Assembly: GCF_000150275.1 (NCBI RefSeq)
Contig: NW_002060951.1
Coordinates: 989,186-1,053,185, forward strand
Length of the DNA: 64,000 bases
DNA from: Trichoplax adhaerens
Taxonomy: Eukaryota > Animalia > Placozoa
Direction of reading: 5' to 3'
Of the stretch, positions 11,252-25,980 are shown piece after piece. Every line of letters starts with the position of its first letter. The first letter of the stretch is position 1. The notes beneath the pieces are model-generated. The model made no database searches and was not told where the DNA came from. It saw only the letters and a list, made by a program, of their open reading frames with translations. The translations under genes and the position numbers were made by a program.

Positions 11252-13957
11252 ATTTAAAATTGAATCATCGCATGATCTTGGCGCTAAAGTTGTAATGACT
11301 GTTACGAGATCTAATTGAAATATTCACTTCTAACACAATCTTAGTTGATGTTATATCATCGGAAGTAAAAATTCTTGGATACGTTCAGTTATTTTGATAG
11401 CAATACAATCTAAAATTGTTTTATTACTACGAAACAGTACGATATTATACGTATGAGATGCCTATTTTGTATTATTCCAGCCGTAATAATATTAATTCAT
11501 TGATCAAATGCTCTGATTACTTGTACATTATTGCATATATACTAACAGTTATGACTATTAGCAGATAATAGACGCTGCTATGACTCAAATTTGGACTTCA
11601 AAGTGTCGTCACCATCTACAGCACTATATTCATTAGTTGAGCTGTGATCATGGCTTCAATATTAAATTAGAAAACAAGTTTTCTTTTATTAATTCAGCTT
11701 CGTACGTGTATTATCCGACTATTACGTTTTTATGCTAATGACCTACTTCGAGGAAATAGGACACATTTCTCAACTATTATTTTATTATCTCATTCCATTC
11801 CGACATATACTTAACGATATTGCAATATATTTGTGTATTAATCAATGAAGTAATCGACTAATGCCAACTATACCTATCTATAGTTGCATTTAATATCAGC
11901 TCCCTAACTTAAATGAGGTTTATGTGCACTATTTAGATAGTATATTAAACCAGAGACTTCTACACACTAACAATTATATAAAATTGAAGCAGCTGTCATG
12001 CTGATATATATAATGTCAGATTCTGACGAATTTCCCTTTTGAGCGGTTGCTATACAAATGATTATATCAACAAGGTAACCCTAAATCATTTCAACCGTTG
12101 ATACTGTAAATCGGGTGTTGTTATGATTTAATTTATTGATTCGTAAGAATTAAATAAAGCTTTATTTTTTAAAATCTAATTAATGACTAATTGCATCATT
12201 GAGCTTTTTTCGATTGTGTCTAAATTAGATCATCTATAGCGAGTGTAGTATTTGCGTAATAATAAATATGCGTATTCCCGCTGACCCATAATAACCGATT
12301 CTGTATATTCTGCAATGGTTTTATGGGTACAGCACATATGGCACAACTAAAGTAAATCAGAATGATAACACACAATCAATCCCCTTAAACTACCACACTC
12401 TGCTGTAAAATAGATAGTAAAATTTTTTAAATGATCTTTGGAATTACTTAATAATCTAGCTGTATCTGACATAAACCTTCTAAATAGTGTATGATTTAAT
12501 AATCAGAATATTGACACGAGCGAACATTAATAATACCTCATTAGGATATGCTATTTATTAAAAATAATGTTGTACTGTCAATCATACTGGCGTAATTCCT
12601 TTCGATGCGAAAATAATACATATCATTATAATTATATTAGCCATGTTGCATTGCATTTATTTGCATAGTCTGGTTGCTACCAGTTAGGAAAATAAATTAT
12701 GCCCATATACTTTAGTAGTTAGAGATCGCATATGCTATTATTTCTGTAATGACCATGACAGTACACTGTCATTCCTAACCTGTATAGCCTAATACTATAA
12801 ATGCATCACAACTATCAAATTATTCATTCCATTATTATCATTGCATAATCTTGATCAGTTAATGACATCCTGCTAGAGGTCATGCTGTAGTACAAATTAA
12901 GTCGTTTTGATTCTTAAATGATAATTTATAACTACCTCAGTATCGGTTAGACTGAATTAATGTTAGAGAGGTAATCTATTTCATGTTAATACCTATCAAA
13001 GGGAATGTCATCCTGCGCAAATTTTGAGTACTTTGAACTCATTTTATCTAATAAAATTGATGACCTTTTCTATTTGTATTGATTTATACCTACAGTACGT
13101 AATGGAAATTTAAAATAATTCAGATAATAAATTAGAAGACTATACTAATGATTCAAGATTATTATTATTAGCAACGTTTATTAGTGTTTTGTAAGATACC
13201 GTTATTGCTATGATATCTAAGATAGTAAAGAAATCTGGGCTATCGACGTTGAATTAGTAAGTTTGACTAGATCAAATAAATCTGAGTATATTAGTAATGA
13301 GGTTATCACCAGTTAAGTACTTGCTATGATAGTAAGGCATAATACGAGTATATTCTTATTGCAATTATCAGCAAATATGTGTATTCCTTGTAATATAATC
13401 CGAATAAAATCCATTAGAAAATGATAACCCAGTAAAGTATGTTAGGATTATAGCAAGCAAAGTAATAATGATATCAACTTAGCCAAAAAATATATTATCT
13501 ATCTACGGTAACATTTTATTTTAACATTAAGTCGGACCAACAATGAAGGAAGAGAATAACAGCGTTGAATGGCAAGCTTATACCATTATCATGCTAATCA
13601 TAACTGAAGAATTATATTAATTTTCTTTCCCAAGAAAGGTGTATCTGCATTGAATATAACTATCTTGTTGGATTTATAATAAATGAAGGCGTGTCGAACT
13701 ATTTCTTGTTGACATTTGTATTCTTGGAGCCAGGTACAGCTCCGGTAGCGAAATATCGACATGCGCCCCTAGTGGCAAGGTTCATTTGTGGAGTCGTTTA
13801 AAGTCACAGCTACAGTGGACTACTTCCTTTCTATTGCCTGGCAGGAACCCATCAGCAAGGCAAATCTATCACTATAATTTAAGAATGATTATATTAATGC
13901 AGTCAAAAGGTGAATCAATTTTTTAATCAATCAATCTTTACCTTTATAGCTGCAAAC

Positions 13958-16900
13958 ATGAGTGAACCTCGTACACCAGTTACTCCAACTACGCCGGGAG
14001 ACTCCGTGGACGGATCAAAAGTCAAAAGTTACTTTTCTAGCTGGATACCAACCAAAGGTTCTAGAACGATCCTAAACTCTGATAGTATAATCATCCGCTA
14101 CTCGAATTTTTTAAAATGATCATGAGATCCAATACAATGTTAAATTAACGTCGGTGACGACATGCTTTTTATATCCGACCACACACTGTGCATGCAGAAT
14201 AATGTATTGATCAATCTCTATACGGTTATTTCTGTAATATTTAGAGTTATTCTAACTTTTTGCACAATAGCTCAACAGGTTTATATTATATCATGACAAC
14301 ATTAACTACCTTATCCTATTCTTAACATTTCAAGGCGCAACTACATATAAATTAACTAATGTGCTATTAGGTTTTGACTTATAGACGTTCTCAATTAGAA
14401 CTTAAGCGGCTTTTTATAGACTTGATTAATCTCCCTTACGATAGCTTTAGTTACAGTACAAAGTTTTTGGTTAAATCAGAAAAGGTTAACGACCGTCCGG
14501 AATCTTATTATAGCGCTTTTGCATTCTCTACTTTTTTGCCAGGAAAAAGATTATTGCTATCACGTATAGCTTATCACTTTAATTAAAATACTTTTTTAAC
14601 CTTCCATTTCATAACTTTAAAAACACATGTATACGAATACTAACTTCTGACAAGACTTTAGAATCGTGATCGTTAATTAATCACGATCACACTCATTAAA
14701 GCCGACTTTAATTGCCACATATCCTAATCGAAAAAATGCAATTTAATAAGAGAAAACCACGTTATCCTTTAGCAAATCCTATTGAATACACTCAAGAAGA
14801 TTTCGACAAAGATGGCGTCAATTTTAAAGCTAAGGTATTGGCATTGATTCAGTTGCCAATAATGTTGAATATTCTCGCTTCATAATATCATGTTAATAGC
14901 CTTTAAAACAGCAAATCTTTCATAGTTGCTGATCTAGTAATAATCCTATAAACCAGACATTTTTTTGTCTGTTTGTGAAGATTGTTGATTTAATCGCATT
15001 TTCATTTTAGATTATGGGATCGATGGAAGTTGACGCTGCTCAAGGTGAAAAGTTATGCGCTAATGCTTTGTCAGAAATCAAGGTATGTTTTCCACTGTGT
15101 TCTATTATGGTATTCATACGAAAATTTTTTATGGAAAAGATCATGAGAAACAGATTTGTTAAGCTTGATCAAATACTGTCTGCGTTCACTACTGGAACTC
15201 GATGGTATCCGTAAATTTATTTGTTAGTTAGAAAAACGTAATTTCGCAAGTTATGACTGGACAGCTTATAATTATCAACAAAATGAATCTATTCTATTTT
15301 ATATTCCCAATTATTGGAGTACTTCTACGCATATGTTTGGATTATTTTGCGTTAAAAGAGGATATATTAGCATTAGTTTTGTCTTCTTTTTCATCCTCGT
15401 TTAACTTAATAAACTTAGTAAGCTTTCACTTTATAGAACGGAAACTAGTAACTAGTGAACATGAATTAACGATTATAATTAATTATCACTGTCTGAACTA
15501 ATTTGTGATAGAATTTCTTTATCGTCATTGAAAATCTTGCTAGACAAGTTAGTCTTACGTTCATTCTTATGTTATTCATAATGTCTTTTCATTACCTATA
15601 GCTGAAATTAAAGTCTGCTAGTGGTCATAAGCAACAAGTGCTTATTAAAATTGGCGACAAAGGCATGACTATCCTTGACGAAAAAACTGGCGTAAGTATT
15701 ATGATAGATAGTAACCTACAAGTACTCGTATTCATAAAATCGGTAACTTTTAAGAACAATTTCACACTTCTCCCAATCTCCAATTTCGAGATGCTAATTA
15801 TTGATGCTCTACAAGAGCTATGCAGTTATAAAGACTGTTCGAGATAATATTAATGAATGTGCACCACTAGTAATATTGCATCATTACTAGCATACGTATA
15901 CAAATTTTCTCCCTCCTTTCTTCCATAAAAACGATATCGATTACTCTTTTCAAAAGTAAATCAAAGCCATAATCTAACTAGCATTAGATAATTTTATGAG
16001 ATAATTTTAGATTTCGTCCGCAAGTATATAAAAACCAACGTTCGATGATTGTACACCATAACGGTGGTGTGCTATTGCAATGAATCCTTATGATATGAGC
16101 AGATGCTGCTGCTGTAGCACACTATTTATGCTTGTACATAATTTGACTTTAACGTTATGTCGAAATACTTCCGATTTATGTAAGCATAGCTATTCGCTAA
16201 GATAATAGAGTCCTTTCGCTCCGTTCGTACCCCTATTTTTTTTTTAAGTTATTACGGGCTTATTTCTGAATTCATCTAGACTCATTCTTTCCCGCTCCGT
16301 TGCTAAATTTCTCTGAGAGAAGAGCTATACATTTTCTAGCAGTGAATTACTTTATGTCAGCTTACAAAACTCTGGATACAACGCTACAAAATATTTCCTC
16401 ACACATTCCTACAAGTTATAATTTCCTGAAGATTCTAGCCCGGTTAATTCTTTTTCTTCAACTATTATATAAAGAGAATTCAATAGTAGAATAAAATATT
16501 TAAAAGATTTAACGATATGAATTCAGTATAAAACATCGAACAAGGCGATTGCCATATAAATCTACGAGACTGCCCCTGTTCACAGGATCTTGCAATCACG
16601 CGTGATACAGTGTTTTCTAAAATCTCATAACATTACAGTAATGTAGAATACTGAACTCCTCTACATCATATTCGACAGTTTGCTATTTGTAACACTACGT
16701 ACGTACAAGATTTTAAGCCAGTTGACTGGAAATTAATGATATTTCGAAGAAAGTATTAGATTTAACGCCATGTATAAAAGCGCAACTAAGAGCTAAAACT
16801 TTCTATGTAATTCGTCACCAGAACATATGGTTGATGATAGTATGTCGATTCTATATAAGATAATAAATAAATCACTATGCATGAAGTGAGATAAGTACCG

Positions 16901-19900
16901 GTTTCTTCATAATGAAGTAGTTAATTGAATAACTGCTTCCTTTTGAATTAAATTAACTGGCAATTCTAACTTGTAAACTAAAGGAAGAAATCAAATTTAC
17001 GACTACTTTCTCTTAATCCAAAACAACTGCTATTTCCTAGCTATAAAATAATTCCATATTGCAGACTTGATAAATTCATCTTCGGCTATATCATTAGTCA
17101 TGCTATTAACTGTGGTATGGCTGTTTAACTTTTATAGGAAAAACTTTTTCAACACAACGCCAACAAAATTTCGTATTTGACACCGGATCGACAGGATAAT
17201 CGGGTTTTTGGTTTGATTTATTTCTTGGATAAGAAACACGTATTTTTTGCCTATAAAAGCGAGAAAAATGTAATTTTTAAAGGCCGATTTCATAGCTATT
17301 TATACGTTTTATACGTAGGAATTGACACCATTTATATCGATCTTTTGGAACAGGTTACAGCTGCTGTAGTATTGAACTGTGTCAAAGATTTCTTTGAACA
17401 TCTTGTCCAAAAGAGAAGAATACGGAAAGGTAAGGCTTGTGTACTCAAAGCAGTCAAGTAACGCAATGTTCAAGTCTACAACCCCTTCCTTTGTAAAGAA
17501 TTCATCCTGACCGATGGCATAAACGCTTAAAAAAAATTCAGTCTTATGATATCAACTATGGTAGTCTTCAACTATACCATTCTGGCAATAAATAGGAATG
17601 TTTCTTCAAGAATTAGTTCTACTCATTCTAGCTAGTAAAATTGATAGAAATGTTGATAAGTTCTGCCATGGAAATATTAATTATTGGCACTTGGCCTGTC
17701 TAGCTAAACGTTTTGATGCGTCTTTCATTTTTACTGGTATAGTATTTCTTTATGATAGCAAGTGATGTTATAGAAGTAGCTGTTTCTAAGTACTGCCATA
17801 CCTTTAGTTTCACCAGTGCCTTTTTTGTAATACATGTGATTGATTTACTTACCAGTATTTAATTACTAATGTCAATTATAATTCCTCCAGAATGCAACTT
17901 TATTCAAGATTCCATCATTCTTAAACATGTACTTGATATTATAACTAAATTTAGTTATTTAGCGATTGCTGTACTTATCTTAGTTTTAGTTCTTATAGGA
18001 CACAATTTTAGTTGCATCATAATTAAATTGTCATCACTTCAAAAAGCGTGTGCAACTACAACAAATTTATTCGACTAGTCCTTGTTCAGATTGTTTCCAG
18101 TATTAATGGTACAATCGTATTCCTACTTTATTGATTATTCTTTGGAAGAATAAACCGTAATCATAAATAAGCGTATATGCATCAACCCTTACATGTGTTT
18201 ATAAATTCCCTTTCAGAGAAAGAAGCGACACAAAAAAATGAAGTGGAAAAGGTGAAAAACGTTAAATCATCGTTATTATTGCTTTTAGTAAAAACATGAC
18301 AACGAATGTTCAGTTAACATATGCAAATAACCGATAACAATCAGTTGAAATACATTTAGATATTTATAAGAATTAAAAATAACGGCGCAAGTATCTATGA
18401 TTCAACTGATATTCTTACTTAGTGTATATATATATATATACGTACATATTTAATTACAGAAGCCCGATCCAGCTACAGAAGCTAACCTCATAGACGAAAA
18501 AGAAACCAAGGTAAAGTCGTTAGCTTGCGAATCGTATGTTCTTGATCTTAGTAGATTTTACTGTACCATAGCGTAAGCAATTCAATTTACCTATAACTCT
18601 CGATATAACCAATATAAAAAATATAGCGTTAATAACCTATAGTAAACAAATTAGTTATTTGAATGTAACGTACAACGAAACGGTATTTAGTGGTAGAACC
18701 TTATTTGCCTAAAGTATTGATGCGGAAATAATATTCTTCGAAATTTTGTCAAAGGGTGTATCATATTATACGTATACGAAGAATAATACTTAGCACATAT
18801 GATTTCTAAAAGTGTTACTGCAGAAATAGTTGTTGATTTAAAGTTTTAGTCCCATTGCAAGCAATTTGTTTGCTAATTGATTAATTAAGTGTGTAGTAAT
18901 AACAATAATAATTTCATTATTTATTTAAGGCGTAGATGAGTGTTATAATAGAATATACGCTACAGAATCACTTCATTACTACCGTATTGTACACGAGCAG
19001 AATAATTTAGTCACTACTTTGCCAGTTATTAATTTCTAATTTTACGTTGAAAAATATCAACTATTAAAAGATAAGCTTATACCCCTTGTTCGATTAATAA
19101 ACGATATAACATTGATTATTTTGCCTTTTATCTGGCCATTCCTTTCTTCAACAACTTTATTAACATGTAGCCTGTGAGTGTAGAAGAAATTAAAAAGCAG
19201 GTTAGTGTAAGATTCATAAGGGATATACCGCTAATAATTATTATAATTACTAATAGCTTGACAGTTACATAGCCTCCACATAATCTCTGATTCTATAGTA
19301 GATATTTATCCTAAATTGCATGATTGTAGATACATTATAAACTAAGATTGTTTTCTAATATCTCCTCATTATTAGGAAATATTAAATCTAGCAGGATCAA
19401 CAAGTAATGAAATTAAACAGGTAAGAAGATCCATATCGTAGCTAACACTTTCCAATTCATCTAGAACAATAATACAAACGAAATTCCAATTATGATAATG
19501 TATAATTTTCTGTAGCTTAAGTAGGATATTATTATTGAAAAACTTTCAGAATTTTAATTCTAATTGTCATAATAGAATAAAATTATTTATACGAATACCG
19601 TGAAAGCCCTTAGCAATGCAATGCATTTACTTTATTACGAAAACTGATATTATATTATCTAAATTTATAATATAGGCCGAAGACAAAACTAATGCAAATA
19701 CTGTTACTGAACAACCAGCGGCTACAGAATCTAAAAAAGAAGTAACAGTATCAGCTAGCGTTTCCAGCGCAGCAGCTAGCAGGGTATCCATACTGCAACC
19801 CCCACCATCAAAGCCAGGCAATCCTGCTAGCAATCCACCGCAGAATACTGTAGCTTCAACATCCAACGGCTATGATAAAGGCTCATTAGATAATATATTT

Positions 19901-22372
19901 AGTCCAAAACCGAGCAATGCTAACCAATTTGCTTTTACAAACACTCAGCCTCCACAAGCACAAAATCAACCCTCTCAAGTCCAGTTAGACGATATTTTTA
20001 GTCCACAATCGAACAATCAAAATCAAGCTAAACCTGTAAGTAGTCTGCCTGCACAGGGACATAATCCATCTTCTCAAACTTCATTAGATGACATATTTAG
20101 TCCAAAACCGAGTAGTCAAGGCCTACCTGATGCAGCTCCACAAGGGCAAACTACCGCGTCAAAAGACGGCCTAGATGACATATTTAGTCCTAAACCAAGT
20201 AGCCAAGAACCTGCTGCTGCTACATCTTCTCAAGCATTAGATGACATCTTCAGTCCGCAACCAAGTGGTCAAGAACAAGCTCGATCTATGAACATCCCAG
20301 CGGAACAAGGGCAAAATACAACTTCTCAGGCTTCATTGGATGATATATTTAGTGCCCAACCCAGTAACCAAGTCTTAACAAGTAACAATAATCGGCCTCA
20401 ACAAGCCCCAGCAGTCTCATCTCGAGGTTCATTAGACGCTGTCTTTAGCTCACAAACTACTACCAGTACTCAATCCAGTATTGAAATTACAACCAATCAA
20501 ACTCAAGCAAATGTTAATGTGCAACTTTCCATGAATGATCCATTTAGCCAACCTGCTGGAACTGATAGCACTACCAACGGTTCAAACCAATTGTCGCAAG
20601 GACAAGACACAAATAAACAGGTACTATTGGACGATTTATTCAGCTCAGTACCTAGTAGTAATCAAAATACTCTTCCACCTGCCAATCAGCCTTTTATAAG
20701 TACTTCTGTCAGTCCTACGAATAATCCATTTGCATCTCAAACAAGTACACAAAGTAGTCTAGAAGCAACTAATATGCAACAGCAATCTTTGATGACACAA
20801 AATGTCTTCTCTGGCCTATCTGCTTCCTCTCAAGGAAACAATGCTCAAGATTCACTCCTAGCTCCATCATCTGGTTTCTCTAATCCTTTCTTTGGCACTA
20901 ACAGTCGAGTTAATAGCAGATCCAACAGTCCTGTCAACACTCCAAGTCCGTTCGATAGTAGTGCAATCCCTCCAATTGGTAGAAGTGCTAGTCCAGCTAA
21001 TCCTTTCAATGCTGGCCCAACCAGCGGTCAAGTTAATTACAACGCTGGTCAAGGATTGTTTCTTGCAGATGATTCTGCGCCACAGCCTGCCCCTCAAAAA
21101 TCAAAAAATCGCCAAGACGAAATGGATAAAGCCTTTGAAGGTTTAAATGTATTGGGTCCTAAAGAGACAAAGCCTCAAAAAAGTCTACCTATGTCGGCCA
21201 TGGCTAGCCAAATAAATCCAGCTTTCCAGTCGATTTCATCAACAAATCGTACTTTTCAGCCTATCGATACGGCCGGAGCTTTCAACCAACAAGTGCCAAT
21301 CCAAAAACCGTCAGCTTTTGCACCTGCCAGTGGTAATAATAGTAATGATTATAACAACGATATATTTGGAGGATCCTCTTCTGGAAATGCTGCTCCTACT
21401 CAGCAGGTAAAATATCATACAGAATAATGCAATGCTTACAATCAATATCGAATACTACTAACTGTCAATGAACGGTCTACGCTGTAACGGATAGATAGAT
21501 AAACATAAGGATTGAAATTATATATCGTATATACTGTATACTATATACATGGTGCTAGGTAGCATGATATACAGATATAAAAGTCGTAAAAATTTAGTCT
21601 ATTAAGCTAGTAATTTCTGATTAAAATAGTGTATGAGTTGCTATCAGCAACACTGCATATTAATATAACGCGCAATAGTTTTTTATCCCAAGGTACGCAG
21701 TGTATGTACTGTACATATATAATTTAACATATATAGATTAGTTATTATAGATAAACTATGCAATCTTATATTTCTGTTTAGCTGGAGGCTAATATGCAGT
21801 AATATACGAATACCTATGAGGTATGAGTGATGATAGACATCGTAGATACAAGAAGCAGTAACGAAAGTAGTAGCCAATTATAATTATTCATACAACAATT
21901 TCAGAAGTATGCTGCATTTAATAATTCTAAGTCACCTTACTGTAGTTTTAGTAAAATACGAGCATAGACTATATAAAGCTGGCACCTAGAGTTATACTGT
22001 GCAACCAACTTGAATCAAGCAAATTTTCCTATCTTCTAAATGATTGCCATGATTAACCATTTACTATCAGCAATTCCACTGCCTAATGTAATATGACTGT
22101 CGACGCTTACAAACGTTATACTCGTATTTCTTGTAACTGGATGTTAGTATGATAACTGACTGTACAAATATCTTTCTAATACCTGTATATGATGAGTATT
22201 GTAAATGAAAACAATTCGAGTATTTAAAGATATTTAAACTCTAAATAGCATGTATTATCATAATTTATTCTTATGAGGAAATGTAGTTTACTAACAGCAA
22301 GTAAATAATACTTTTCTTTACTTTAACTAGGCATCAGGGCAAGTTGATCCTTTCGCTGATCTATTAAGTTAA
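13958..22372 (+). CDS. DAB2: Disabled (Dab1/Dab2-like) PTB-domain endocytic adaptor, multi-exon
   Basis: PTB exons FDKDGVNFKAK|IMGSMEVDAAQGEKLCANALSEIK|LKLKSASGHKQQVLIKI..LDEKTG|..HNANKISYLTPDRQDNRVFG..FFAYK. A large exon at 19677-21406 carries NPF/DPF motifs, PPPSKPG and AFEGLNVLG (Dab2-like). The last exon reads ASGQVDPFADLLS, stop at 22370-22372. This is a pre-duplication Dab, so the symbol is approximate. Confidence 0.88.
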
Positions 22373-24362
22373 AGCAATAAAATTGGCATTGGTGTGAGAG
22401 CGGATTGTGCGAGAAGCTCCTTTTTGTATTATTGCAATATCTGAATGAAAAATTTTAACCAAAAGTATTCTATCTGCGGTAGCACTAAAAATAGATGCTA
22501 TCTGGCAGTATTATGGCACATTACAACATTGCTGGCTTAAAAAGTTACCTGATCTATCTTTGCTCTTTTTCCAATAGAAGCCATAACTATCAATACCGTA
22601 ATTGAACTCATTTCTCTCTTTGTAATTTGTGGTGTAATCATAATAATTAGCATGTGTAGGTCGACTACATGGACATTGCATAAGATGTTATTTTACTTCA
22701 TGATAATTCTACCCAATATAAAAATTTAGGTTACTATTAAAGAGTACAGCTAATTGGATTTTAATCGACTCTTTAGCTTACTCTTTAGCTCTTATAATTA
22801 CAATTTGTTTGTGGATTATATGGTCATAGATTAATTTCGCCCAAATCAGTAAGATGATAGTATTTAATATGTATAACAGCTGTAACTTTAATTCGACTTT
22901 CTACTGCTGATGTGGAAGATTGGAAAATCATTAAAGTTTGTACTGAGAATGTGGAAACATCGGTCTTATCTCTTTCAATCATTTTGTTATAGTACATTTA
23001 CATGTTTCTTTAATTTCTTTCAACATCAATAAAGCTGGTGATAAGGTATTCTTAGTAGATAGATTGTACTAGTATTAACTCTCTTACAAAATAGAAAATT
23101 CTCGCCCATGACTATAGAATATATACGGGTTTACTACAGGTACCAATATTTACTTTGCATGGAGCAATGCATCATAATGAACATTACTAATTTATAGTAT
23201 TAAAATTGATTAAATGCTTCGGAAACTCTATCCTTCACATTACCACGTCTCAGTGATATTGAATATTATGATACAGTAACAGATGGTATCAGAAATAGTT
23301 ACTCCTACTTGAAACAGTAAATTTTATGGCTTAGTAATCTTAAAATTTCGAATTTTCCAGCTAGAAGAGGACACAACTACTGTACTGATATAGTTCTGCT
23401 CATTTTATCTCAGATTATGCAAGGTCCTATACATTTGAATATATACCGATACTGTCAGCATTGAGGAGTAAAGCATCATCTACTCCATCGGTCCAGTGAT
23501 TCAGAAATACACTTTTGCCAAGCAATTTTCAATGAATAATACTTTACTGAATAACATGACAAGTTAAACCTTTCCTAGGTCGTGTAAAATGCGGATATTA
23601 GAATGAGTATTAATTTTGTAAAAGCAATGCAGTAAAATTATTCTGATATAGTCAGGAAATTTCCGAGCTCTATTGCATTTATTGAAGAGCTTGCAATAGT
23701 TGATACTTTATCCATTGCCAAGTTAACTATTAACAGCTATATAGTACTGAGTAGTTAATTGGTTGAATAAAAGCATTGCAGCAAGAAAAAAGTTTTATTA
23801 CTGAACAAAATAATCTTCCAATTTCCAAAATTGGCAAAGCAATGTCTTTGCATATATATTATATATATACGTACAAGTATAGTCAAACTTTGAATTACGT
23901 CGGTAGAGCCTTCGACTGTATAGAGTAGTAAGAATAAAAGGAAATTTTTAAATTCATTCTTTAAATAATAACAAAGCTAAAGCATTCCACATAAGCTTAA
24001 ATCGGGCAATGGTTTCAAGAAAAATATTCATTTTAACACTTAACTTCATGTTGTACACTATAACAGCAAAAAGTTCTGCAGGTACAACTATGAACATGTC
24101 GGCTTGCAGACCTGGAAGACGACTAACGTCAACGCTATGGCAAATTCCATGATAGATACACCAGCTCGTAGTTTAATGAGGAAAACACCTTAGATTGCCC
24201 TTACAATAAAGACTATCTGGCTATTTTTTAGGGCTTTACAGTATGATTCATATATCCGCTATGTTTTAAGCTAAGGATAGTATACGTAAAAGAGATTGTA
24301 AACTACTATGTTACAGGCACAATTACGATACAGATAAAGGTTTGGGGACACGCTAAACTCGC

Positions 24363-25385
24363 CTAGCCAACCCAGTTTTGAATTTTATCTTCTTCAGGTA
24401 AGACAGACCAATTCGGTGAAGGTTGATCGATTCGAAGCCAGTTAAAGTCATCAATGGCTGAAGAGCTTAAACTATTCTTGTCTAAATTTGCTGCAGTAAA
24501 ATGCTGTTCGATCGATGGATAGGACCAATTGTAAGAAGTGAACATAAAACGTGTACAATCTTCAATAATGGCACGACTAGTGACACCAATGTAGAAATGG
24601 ATATCAGTACTACTATGAATGCGTAATTGCTGGCATGCAACTACAATCTTGCAATCATGACATCGATCGACAAAGACTGATGAAGAAACTGGTCCTGAGA
24701 GTATAGTACAATTCTGTAAATGATCGATTTGTAAAGCGCTTGGATAACCTTGAATTCGTACCGTACAGTTTTTCAATTGTGATAACTTAACATCTTTGGA
24801 TGAAATTTCATCGGTAGTAATTTCTAAAGTTTGATTCTCCTGGTTGCTATAATCACATAATCTTCGCGCTAGAGCACCGGTATCCATACTATCTTGATCC
24901 TTAGCTTGAATAATCTTCCTTGTATCGTCTTGTGTTGCTGTGGTAGAAGAAGAAAGCAGTGGTTTACTAGCAGCAACCTTTTTACGCGATTTAAAAGCAA
25001 ATTTTTTCTTGGGCATGTACTGTTCTCGAGTTGTTTCAATATGATTTCGTAGCTTATTTAAATTTTCTTGAGCTTGTCGCAACGTAAAGGAAGGAATAAA
25101 TTGACTAGAATCGCCTACAAATTTCTCTAACTTCTCCATAGCAATAGCAACACTATCCAATTGATCAGGTATCGATTTGCTCTCCATCGATGAACATTGG
25201 TCCAACATCTCTTCGATACTCCTTTTTTCATGTTGGAATCGGGTGGAAAATTCGTAAACAGAATCTTGAACAGCTACATTATCGTCTTTACCTTGTCGCT
25301 GTTTATCAACCTTGGCTTGTCTTTTCTCTTGTAATCGATCTAATCGTTTTGTCATCACTTCTTTCTTGGATTGGATATCCTCCAT
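24363..25385 (-). CDS. TBCC: Tubulin-specific chaperone C (cofactor C), intronless, ~340 aa
   Basis: Helical N-terminal domain, PKKKFAFK motif, and C-CAP/cofactor-C beta-helix with GPVSSSVFVDRC..VACQQLRIH..VTSRAIIEDC..IDDFNWLRIDQPSPNWSVLPEE. First ATG at 25383-25385 (the ORF track starts at an upstream TTG). Confidence 0.96.
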   Translation of the reverse strand: MEDIQSKKEVMTKRLDRLQEKRQAKVDKQRQGKDDNVAVQDSVYEFSTRFQHEKRSIEEMLDQCSSMESKSIPDQLDSVAIAMEKLEKFVGDSSQFIPSFTLRQAQENLNKLRNHIETTREQYMPKKKFAFKSRKKVAASKPLLSSSTTATQDDTRKIIQAKDQDSMDTGALARRLCDYSNQENQTLEITTDEISSKDVKLSQLKNCTVRIQGYPSALQIDHLQNCTILSGPVSSSVFVDRCHDCKIVVACQQLRIHSSTDIHFYIGVTSRAIIEDCTRFMFTSYNWSYPSIEQHFTAANLDKNSLSSSAIDDFNWLRIDQPSPNWSVLPEEDKIQNWVG

Positions 25386-25980
25386 CTTGAAGAAGTGCTG
25401 CTTGAAGTTTTCCGTCCTGCCAATCTCCGAGGCGGGCCAATCCAAACCCTATAAACAGGGTAGTAGCTGAAAACAGTCATTGATGATTATACTAATACCA
25501 CGTACTGACAGTGAATCCAATGGAACAAACGCTCTAAGGTAACAGGTTGTCGCTAAGCAGTTGGTAGGCAATGGCTTCACTATCAGACCTATTGCTACTC
25601 GCCAGTTGGATAGAAATAGAATGAAAATTAGCTCAACATATCGATCTATCATAGCAATATTAGTGTAAATTACGATAGAAGAAACATAGAATTTTTAATT
25701 GGTATCCTTGAAATTTGCCTAAACGGCAGAATTATCATGCAATCATGATTGAAGGATAGGGTTAGCGCGTAGAGCTGCAAGCTAACTTTCTAGAGGGCGT
25801 TCTGTATAGCAACACCAATATAATGTAAACGATACGATGACTATAGTATAGCGCAAGCGTGGCAAACGGTAGGTTGCATTCTATGACGTTGGTCCACATT
25901 AAGCCAGCGTTGAATTTCCAATAGCTGCTCATCCACTAGGAGGAGTCCACAGAATCTAGAAATGGTCGCATAATGATCTA
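25386..25980. promoter_or_regulatory. Probable bidirectional promoter, TBCC/FANCC-like
   Basis: The divergent ATGs are about 600 bp apart, with a locally higher-GC spacer. Confidence 0.55.

Noticed and set aside
13763-13775. CTCF-like motif GCGCCCCTAGTGG upstream of Dab
   Set aside because: It is one base short of the CTCF core spacing, and CTCF is not expected outside bilaterians.
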